From an uncultured Gammaproteobacteria bacterium (GTDB lineage: Bacteria > Pseudomonadota > Gammaproteobacteria > GCA-001735895): DNA of 64,000 nt. The stretch is from positions 13,769 to 77,768 of the forward strand of contig CAWCBX010000072.1 in the NCBI GenBank assembly GCA_963793595.1. The letters run 5' to 3'. Both the position numbers and the translations under genes were made by a program. The notes below the pieces were generated by a model that worked only from the letters and a program-made list of their open reading frames with translations, did no database searches and was not told the DNA's origin. Below are positions 24,091-32,293 of the stretch, in pieces. Positions within the stretch are counted from its first letter, which is position 1; every line of letters starts with the position of its first letter.

Positions 24091-25659
24091 GATGGCCTGC
24101 AGGAGCGGCCTGGCTTCATACCGCTTCAGCATTGGCCGCACTGCCGGTCCGTAGCGGTCGTAGCCATGGTTCAGTTCCGGAAACAGTGCCAGAATCTCGG
24201 CCTGCGTTCCGGGGTCGAAATCGCGCATCGTCCGTTTTCCCGGAAGATAGCTTTCGGCGGCCAGTCCGTTGGCGGTGATGATCTGGTGACTGTCGAACAT
24301 CAGGTGTACATATGTGATCTGCTTCAGGCTGCGATCGCGCACCACCGTTGTGTCGTTTATCAGATCCTTGGCCTTGACCAGCACCTCGTTGTCGCCAAAC
24401 AGCAGCTCGGCCCAGGTGTCGCAGATCAGGATCCTGTGCTGTGGCGACACGACCAGATCGCTGGTCGCACCGAAGGTGCCCTTACGGATGCGGATTGGCT
24501 GGGCGGGACCCACGGCCGGCACCGTCCGGGCGCCGACCCAGCGCAGTGGCAGCGGGCCGTGGTCGCGGGTCAGGACCAGCGTGCCGGGCTGCAACTCTTC
24601 AACCGGCACGGCGCCGTCGACCGTGTCTATCAGCGTGCCTGCGGCAAAGCAGGGCACCTGTTCGATCTCGACGATGGCGGTGTCGGTGTTGCCGATCGTG
24701 TCTTCGATCGTATAGTTGAAATAGACCGTCTCATCATCGCTGTCCGAGGTGATGTCAAAAGTCCCGTCAGCGTTGAGCTTGACCGACTGGCCGGATCCCA
24801 GAACGACAGTCTGCTCCGCCACCACCGCCACGCCATTGATATGCGTGATTGTCAGCGTTCCGCCGGTCGAGCTGTCATTGTCCAGCACATCAAGGGTACG
24901 GGTCTTGTCGGTCGGCATCGAAATGGCGTCGTCCTGCGCCACGATCGTCGACTGCACCGACCCGCCGGCGATCAGCAGGTTGGTATCATAGCTGCTGTCG
25001 CCCACATCCGCGACACCGATGCGCAGCGTGTTGGGGACACCGGGATTGACCGGGGCCACAAAGGTCAGGGTGATGGTGAACCCGTCCATCTCGGTGTTGT
25101 AGTCGTCGGTGGTGTTGTCGAAGTACAGGTTCTCGGTGTCATCACCGTTGATGTTACCGATCGACGCCGAGCCGTCGCCGATGCTGACCGTGGCCTCAAC
25201 CCCGTTGACCCAAACGCCCACCACATCGTTGAAGGTCGAATTGATGTATTCGGGGAATTCCTCCGACGACAGCACAAAATCAAGGGTAATCATGTCGCCT
25301 GACGGGGTGAAATCGACTTCCAGGATCGACGCATCATAAGTGCTGGTTCCGGCCAACGCGTTGAACTGGGCGTCGTTGTTGCGTCCGGAAGTATTGGTCG
25401 AGGTGTTGGTGGCGGTGTTTGTGTTGGTGGTTCCGGAATTGTTGGTGAAATCCTGCGCGCGTCCTGTCGACAGGATCACGCCGGTGTCGCCGGGGGTCGC
25501 CTCGGGCGAAATCGTGTCTCCCTGCGTGTAGATACCTGAACTGCGGTTGTCGCCGATATAGTTGGCGCTGTTGACCGTGACGCCGCTGCCAAAGATCTCC
25601 ATCGCCATCTGCAGTGCAGTGGCGGCTATGTTGATTGGCAGTTCAGTTGCCGTTGGCAT
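24082..25659 (-). CDS. Choice-of-anchor L / Ig-like / Hint (bacterial intein-like) domain protein
   Basis: GVILSTG and SEEFPEY...FNDVVG (anchor L); AQDDA...DVLDND...YTIED (Ig/cadherin-like); PCFAAGTLI...SPQHRIL...YVHLMFDSHQIITANGLAAESYLPG (Hint_2, Cys1 at 24649-24651). Confidence 0.9.
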   Translation of the reverse strand: MPTATELPINIAATALQMAMEIFGSGVTVNSANYIGDNRSSGIYTQGDTISPEATPGDTGVILSTGRAQDFTNNSGTTNTNTATNTSTNTSGRNNDAQFNALAGTSTYDASILEVDFTPSGDMITLDFVLSSEEFPEYINSTFNDVVGVWVNGVEATVSIGDGSASIGNINGDDTENLYFDNTTDDYNTEMDGFTITLTFVAPVNPGVPNTLRIGVADVGDSSYDTNLLIAGGSVQSTIVAQDDAISMPTDKTRTLDVLDNDSSTGGTLTITHINGVAVVAEQTVVLGSGQSVKLNADGTFDITSDSDDETVYFNYTIEDTIGNTDTAIVEIEQVPCFAAGTLIDTVDGAVPVEELQPGTLVLTRDHGPLPLRWVGARTVPAVGPAQPIRIRKGTFGATSDLVVSPQHRILICDTWAELLFGDNEVLVKAKDLINDTTVVRDRSLKQITYVHLMFDSHQIITANGLAAESYLPGKRTMRDFDPGTQAEILALFPELNHGYDRYGPAVRPMLKRYEARPLLQAIGA

Positions 25660-25793
25660 CTAACACGTTTCTCCGGGCCTTCGGTGCCACAGGGCACAGG
25701 CCATGGCTCCAATAGACCGGAGAATTGTGGCCGGGACTTGGGTTTGTCTGTGAAACTATTGAGATGCGGGCAGGAAAATCGCGCCAAACATGG

Positions 25794-25868
25794 TTAATTG
25801 CGCATCTAAGAAAACGCAATTAAATCAATATACTAAAATGAATTTTTTCGGAAACTTCCGAAGTTTCC
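25794..25868. promoter_or_regulatory. Two inverted repeats upstream of the Hint gene (putative operators)
   Basis: TTAATTGCG-N12-CGCAATTAA (25794-25823) and GGAAACTT-CCG-AAGTTTCC (25850-25868) in an AT-rich intergenic stretch. Confidence 0.45.
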
Positions 25869-25976
25869 CGGCGGCAGCGCAGTTTGTGCCGCCGGTCCGC
25901 CACAATCGTTTCGGAAGCTACACTTTCTGGTTGTGGCGGGTGTTGTAGCACTCTGCCATCAAATTCGACGGTGATG

Positions 25977-26180
25977 CTATTTCTTCACCGGGCAGGTGCT
26001 CATCCCGAGCATCGAATAAAGCCCGCAGGTGCCCAAGAGCCCGGTCACCAGCGGAATGATCCCGATCAGATAGAGCCAGCGATACGCGGCTTCGGTGTTC
26101 AGAAAGAACCCGGCCAGCAATGCAAATCCCAGCACCACGCGGCCGATCCGGTCCCATGTTCCGACGTTCTTGGTCAACAT
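25977..26180 (-). CDS. DUF2892 (YgaP-like) membrane protein
   Basis: NVGTWDRIGRVVLG...IGIIPLVTGLLGTCGLYSMLGMSTCP. Confidence 0.92.
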   Translation of the reverse strand: MLTKNVGTWDRIGRVVLGFALLAGFFLNTEAAYRWLYLIGIIPLVTGLLGTCGLYSMLGMSTCPVKK

Positions 26181-26238
26181 TTCTTACCCTTTCACCCTTG
26201 AGATGAGATGACGATACTAGACATATGAAAACGGGAAT

Positions 26239-26252
26239 ATGATCTTGATCAA
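26239..26252 (-). promoter_or_regulatory. Putative FNR/FnrL box upstream of the DUF2892 gene
   Basis: TTGAT-CAAG-ATCAT on the minus strand (one mismatch to TTGAT-N4-ATCAA), with a TAGTAT -10-like hexamer at 26219-26214. Confidence 0.45.
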
Positions 26253-27130
26253 GTCCCGCTGCGGTTCCGCATTTCAAATCTTGGCAGCATGGCGCTGAAA
26301 TCGCGCCCGGCGCCGTCTTCTTCCTCGACGAAGCGGGTATAGAGCGCTTCGGCCAGCGCGCCCATCGGCGTGTCGGCATCGGCGCTGTCCGCCGCCTGCT
26401 GCGACAGCCGCAGGTCTTTCAGCATCAGGTCCGAGGCGAAACCGGGTTTGTACCCGTTGTCGGCGGGCGATGTCGGGCCGACGCCCGGGGCAGGGCAGTA
26501 GGCGTTCATCGACCAGCTGAATAGCCCGACGACGTGCTGACCACGTCGAACATCTTCTGACGGTCGAGCCCCAGCTTGTCGGCCAGCGCGAAGGCTTCGC
26601 AGGTGGCGATCATGGTCACGCCCAGGATCATGTTGTTGCAGATTTTCGCGGCCTGACCGGCCCCTGACGCGCCGCAATGCACGGCCTTCTGGCCCATGAT
26701 GTCGAAGAGCGGCCTGGCCTTGGCGAACGCGGCATCGGACCCGCCCGCCATGAAGGTCAGCGTGCCGGCCGATGCGCCGCCAATACCGCCTGAAACGGGC
26801 GCGTCCACGGTCAGAACGCCCTCTTGCGCCGCCTGCTCTGCGACAGCGCGCGCGCTGTCGACGTCGACGGTCGAACAGTCCACCAGCACCGCGCCCTCGG
26901 TCATCGCCGGGATCACATCTGGCCGCAACAGTGCGCAGGATCCCGCCGTTGGGCAGCATGGTGATGACCACGTCCGCCCCCTTGGCCGCCGCAGCGGCGC
27001 TGGCGGCGCGTGCGACGCCCTCGACCGCCACATCTGCGGTATCGAACCCGGTGACGTGATGTCCGGCCTTGACCAGGTTCGCCGCCATCGGCGCGCCCAT
27101 GTTGCCCAGTCCGATGAACCCGATGTTCAT
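26249..27130 (-). CDS. mmsB: 3-hydroxyisobutyrate dehydrogenase (compensating frameshifts)
   Basis: IGFIGLGNMGAPMAANL, DAPVSGG, GQAAKICNNM, SWSMNAYCPAPG, GFASDLMLKDL. Confidence 0.9.
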   Translation of the reverse strand: MNIGFIGLGNMGAPMAANLVKAGHHVTGFDTADVAVEGVARAASAAAAAKGADVVITMLPNGGILRTVAARCDPGDDRGRGAGGLFDRRRRQRARCRRAGGARGRSDRGRARFRRYWRRIGRHADLHGGRVRCRVRQGQAALRHHGPEGRALRRVRGRSGRENLQQHDPGRDHDRHLRSLRAGRQAGARPSEDVRRGQHVVGLFSWSMNAYCPAPGVGPTSPADNGYKPGFASDLMLKDLRLSQQAADSADADTPMGALAEALYTRFVEEEDGAGRDFSAMLPRFEMRNRSGT

Positions 27131-27145
27131 GGCCTTCTCCTCCCT

Positions 27146-28196
27146 TTCGAATGTCAGCGCGTCCGCGCCCAGCGGCGCCGAGCATCTCGGCGACCGCGTC
27201 GGCGGGCACCGCCATATCGGCGTATTGCCACTGCGGATTGCGGTCCTTGTCGATGATTGCGGCGCGGATGCCTTCCAGGAAATCGCCGTGCTCCATCGCC
27301 CGCCAGGTAAAGCGGTATTCCAGTTCCAGCGCCTTGCGGATGGTCAGCTTGGCCGGCCGCGCAGCCGGTCCATCATCTCGACCGTGCAGGCCATCGACAG
27401 CGGGCGAATTGCGCCGCATCAGCCTGTCAGCGTGTCGCGGGCAAAAGCGCTGTCGTCGGCGCTCAGGCTGGTCAGGATCGTCGCCCAGCGTCTCGCCGCG
27501 CGAAATGCGCGGTCGATGTCGGTCGCTGCAGCGGCGCCAGCGACGCCCTCCGGCGGCGTCTGGGCATGCGTGGCCACAAACCCGGCATCGCCGCTGGCTT
27601 CCAGCATCTGGATCAGGTCGTCCCAACCGCTCTTGCGGGATGAAGTGATCGGCAAACCCGGCCGTGATCGCATCCGCCGGCATTCATCCGCGCGGCGGTG
27701 GTGCCCAGGTATTCGCCCAGCCGCCCCGGCGCCAGCGCCAGCATGACAGCGAGCCGCCCACATCCGGCACCAGCCCGATGCCGCATTCGGGCATCGCGAT
27801 GTGGCTGGTGTCGCCGACCACCCGGTGCGAGCCGTGGCAGCCGATGCCGACACCGCCGCCCATGGTGAAGCCCTGCAGGAAGCTGACAACCGGCTTGGGA
27901 TATTGCGCAAGATCGGCGTTCATCCGGTATTCATCGCGCCAGAAGGTGCGGCCGATAGCCAAAATCGCCCTTTGTTCCCGTGTCATACAGCTCTGCGATG
28001 TCGCCGCCGGAACAGAACGCCTTGTCGCCCTCGGCGTCGATCACCACCAGCGTCAACCGTCGTCATCCTCGCGCCACAGGTTCAGCGCGGTTTCGATGGC
28101 CATGCACATCTCGTAGGTCATCGCGTTCAGCGCCTGCGGACGGGTCAGGGTGATGCGGCCGGCGCGGCCGGTGATGCGGATGTCGATATCGCTCAT
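27146..28196 (-). CDS. 3-hydroxyisobutyryl-CoA hydrolase (enoyl-CoA hydratase family; frameshifted)
   Basis: GRITLTRPQALNAM, EYRMNADLAQYPKP, MGGGVG, AMPECGIGLVPDVGGS, EYRFTWR, DFLEGIRAAIIDKDRNPQW; 3' end approximate. Confidence 0.85.
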
Positions 28197-28213
28197 GTCG
28201 GCTCCCCGGACGC

Positions 28214-29365
28214 TCAGCGTTCCGCCAGCATCTGCGCGCGCGACGATCACGCGCATGATCTCGTTGGTGCCTTCCAGGATCTGATGCACCCGCAGATCGC
28301 GCACCAGCTTCTCGATCCCGTAATCGGCGAGATAGCCATAGCCGCCGTGCAGTTGCAGACACTGGTCGACGACCTTCGATGCCGGTCTCGGTCACGAACT
28401 TCTTGGCCATCGCGCAGAACTTGGTGGCGTCCGGCGCGCCTTCTGGTCCAGCTTCCATGCGGCCTGGCGCAGGAAGGTGCGCGCCGCCTGCAATTCGATC
28501 TCCATGTCGGCCAGACGAAACTGCAGGCCCTGGAACTGGTCGATGCGTCTTGCCGAAGGCCTTGCGCTCGCCCATATAGGCCAGCGTCGCGTCCAGACGC
28601 GGTCTGCGCGGCGCCCAGCGAACAGGCGGCGATGTTCAGACGGCCGCCATCCAGCCCCATCATCGCATATTTGAAACCCTGACCCTCTTCGCCCACCAGA
28701 TTTGCGGCAGGAATGTGGCAATTGTCGAACTGTACCTGAGCGGTCGGCTGGCTGCGCCAGCCCATCTTGTCCTCCAGTGCGCCGAAACTCAGCCCCGGCG
28801 TGCCGTCTTCGACATAGACAGTCGAGACGCCCGCGCGGTCCGTCCTCGCCGGTGCGCACCATGACCACGTAGGCGTCGGAATACCCGCCGCCCGAGATGA
28901 AGGCCTTGGTGCCGTTGAGCGTATAGCCTTCGTTGGTGCGATCGGCGCGGGTGCGCAGCGCAGCGGCGTCCGAGCCCGAGCCAGGTTCGGTCAGGCAGTA
29001 GGACAGCACGGTCTGCATGCGACAGCACGCCGGGCATCACCCGTGCCTTCAACTCTTCGCTGCCGAAAGTGTCGATCATCGCGCGCGCACATGTTGTGGA
29101 TCGACAGAAACGCGGCAACCGACGGGCAGGCCATCGACAGCGCCTCGAACACCAGTGTCGCGTCAAGCCGCGCCAGACCCGACCCGCCGGTCTCCTCCGA
29201 GACGTAGAGCCCGCCAAACCCGAGGTCGGCGAGTTGCGGCCACAGCTCTTTCGGAATCGTGCCCTCGGCCTCCCACTGACGGGCGAAGGGGGCGATATGT
29301 TCCTGCCCAAAGGCGTATGCCATGTCGAAAATGGCGGTCTGTTCTTCGGTCAGTGCAAAATCCAT
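28214..29365 (-). CDS. Acyl-CoA dehydrogenase (isobutyryl-CoA dehydrogenase-like; frameshifted)
   Basis: [89 protein letters not shown]; upstream of HIBCH and mmsB. Confidence 0.9.
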
Positions 29366-29477
29366 GGCTGGCCCCCCCGGAGTTCGAATTGAACGCCTGT
29401 TTATTTCCCAATCCTTACAGGATTTTTGCAGCGCGGCGCAAATGGAACCGGCGTGTGAGGATAGCTGTGGGGCCATT

Positions 29478-29514
29478 AAAAAGCGGCGCCGGGTCGCGGC
29501 GCCGCTGCTTTTTT
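29478..29514. terminator. Bidirectional Rho-independent terminator
   Basis: AAAAA-GCGGCGCC-N7-GGCGCCGC-TGC-TTTTTT, downstream of the protease gene. Confidence 0.75.
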
Positions 29515-29534
29515 GTAAGGGTAGGGGGCCGTGG

Positions 29535-30692
<1,158 letters not shown>

Positions 30693-30754
30693 GTGCCGTC
30701 TCGCTCGATGTTAACCATGCCCCCACGGGGCTTTTTTTGGTCCAGAGATACGGC

Positions 30755-30783
30755 AAAAAAAAGGCGCCCGCTAGGGGCGCCTT
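30755..30783 (-). terminator. Rho-independent terminator after the VPLPA-CTERM gene
   Basis: A8 run then AAGGCGCCC-GCTAG-GGGCGCCTT stem-loop. Confidence 0.75.
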
Positions 30784-30809
30784 GCTTCCATCATACAAGA
30801 TGTAGTGTT

Positions 30810-31631
30810 TCAGGCAGATTTCCGCGCACGACGGTGCAGGAAGGCACCCAGACCCAGCGCGCTCAGCAACAGCGGCAGGCCCGCGGGCAGCGGGATTTCA
30901 CCCGGTCCACCGCCACCGCCGTTGCCTGACGTTCCACACCCGTCACTAAAGCCAGACAGTGGCTCGCTGGTGGTGCCACTGAACGATGTAACCACGCAGT
31001 CCAGACGCAGCTGTGCAGAAGCCGATGCTGTCCAGACCACTTTCGTCAAGTTGTTTGCTTGGAAAGGTGAAACGGTCGTCATGTCAAAAATATAGGGGGT
31101 ATCGAACGTTAAAACGCCAGCTGCTGATCCGTCAGAGTAGAGAGAGGCGTTGCCGTACGAGTTCCCGAGTTGATACGTTGCAGAACCCAGAGAGGTAGTA
31201 CCATTAAACCCTTCAATCATAAAGAAATTCGGATCGGCGCCTTTCCCCGTAAACTCAAGATAAAAGCTGTCGAGCTTGAAGAAAGGATCGTCATTGGGGT
31301 TTCTGTCGACGGTCTCATAATCCGGTGTGTTCGGAACGAAGCGCTCATTTGATGTGCTCCCGACCTGAGTGTCCAGATTTCGAGTTAGCGTTGTAAGTTC
31401 GCCGTTTCTTTGTTCAATGACGCAGCTACCGTTTCCACTGGTTGTTGAATCCGCACAGTTTCCCGACTGAAGGTTGGTTGGATCCAAAGTGAAGTTTCCG
31501 TCCGTTGTCGTGTATGACTTCCAGCCATTACTCGCGTCATCGAAATGGATCAACTGGGTCGCAGCTTGCGCTGCTGACACCGACAGGCCAAATGCCAGGG
31601 CCGCGCCAGCAATTGTCAATGATTTTGTCAT
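30810..31631 (-). CDS. VPLPA-CTERM (exosortase-targeted) surface protein
   Basis: Signal peptide MTKSLTIAGAALAFGLSVSAAQA; C-terminal IPLPAGLPLLLSALGLGAFLHRRARKSA (xPLPA + TM + basic tail). Confidence 0.88.
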   Translation of the reverse strand: MTKSLTIAGAALAFGLSVSAAQAATQLIHFDDASNGWKSYTTTDGNFTLDPTNLQSGNCADSTTSGNGSCVIEQRNGELTTLTRNLDTQVGSTSNERFVPNTPDYETVDRNPNDDPFFKLDSFYLEFTGKGADPNFFMIEGFNGTTSLGSATYQLGNSYGNASLYSDGSAAGVLTFDTPYIFDMTTVSPFQANNLTKVVWTASASAQLRLDCVVTSFSGTTSEPLSGFSDGCGTSGNGGGGGPGEIPLPAGLPLLLSALGLGAFLHRRARKSA

Positions 31632-32293
31632 CTATTTTCCTTATCCCCCGTGAAGGATCCCCGTGAAAAGATACTCGGGCGCAGTATTGCGCCTCGATCG
31701 CAACTCAGTAAATTGGCTCAGTGCGCCGGGCATGTTTTTGCCACATTTTCATATTCCACGCAAAGCATTCGTTAACTTTTGCAAGAAATTCATGCATGGG
31801 TTGCAGCGTCGCGCGCGCTCCGCCCGTTCATGTTGAATAACCGGAGACAAACGAAGCGATTTGCGGTTTTCGGGCGTCTTTCTGGAAACGGTGACCCCTT
31901 GGACAACCCTGAAAATTCCTTCCGCGCTTCGGATCAATGCCCGAGTCGCCGCACCCGTTGGTCGCGGCCCGGATCCGCGCCCGACGCCTTGGCCTCGGTA
32001 TGCACGTGGCGCTGGCGGGTGGCGTTCGTGGCGTCCTTGACGATTCCGCGCGGCGCGGCGATCTCCTTTAGCGTAGCCAGCGCCTCGGCGGTTCTTGCAG
32101 ACGGAAAATAGCCCACAGACGGAGCCAGGAACACTGCAAGGGGCACACCACGCGGGTCCGATCGGCTATGCCATTCCAGCTTGCCCCTAAGGGCAATAGC
32201 CGCGCCTTTTCAGATTGCGTATAATGATGATTAACCGGAGGCTCGTGGGTGCCGGGATGACACCAGGTTCTTGACAAGATCGGATACCTCGCC

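Noticed and set aside
23905-25302. 465-aa plus-strand ORF
   Set aside because: Mostly the antisense shadow of the Hint gene; only its first ~50 codons have an independent resemblance.
27128-27157. Apparent in-frame fusion of the HIBCH-like gene to mmsB (no stop after LTF)
   Set aside because: One missing base would give TGA, a GGAGG RBS precedes the mmsB ATG, and the region is full of indels.
30719-30738. Small plus-strand hairpin with T7 tract upstream of the protease gene
   Set aside because: Stem only 5 bp with a 3-nt loop, and no plus-strand gene nearby to terminate.
31934-32146. Short ORF (LKEIAAPRGIVKDATNATRQRH...SGAD) faintly like a tyrosine-recombinase box
   Set aside because: No HxLRH or catalytic Tyr and only 70 aa; resemblance too weak without a profile search.
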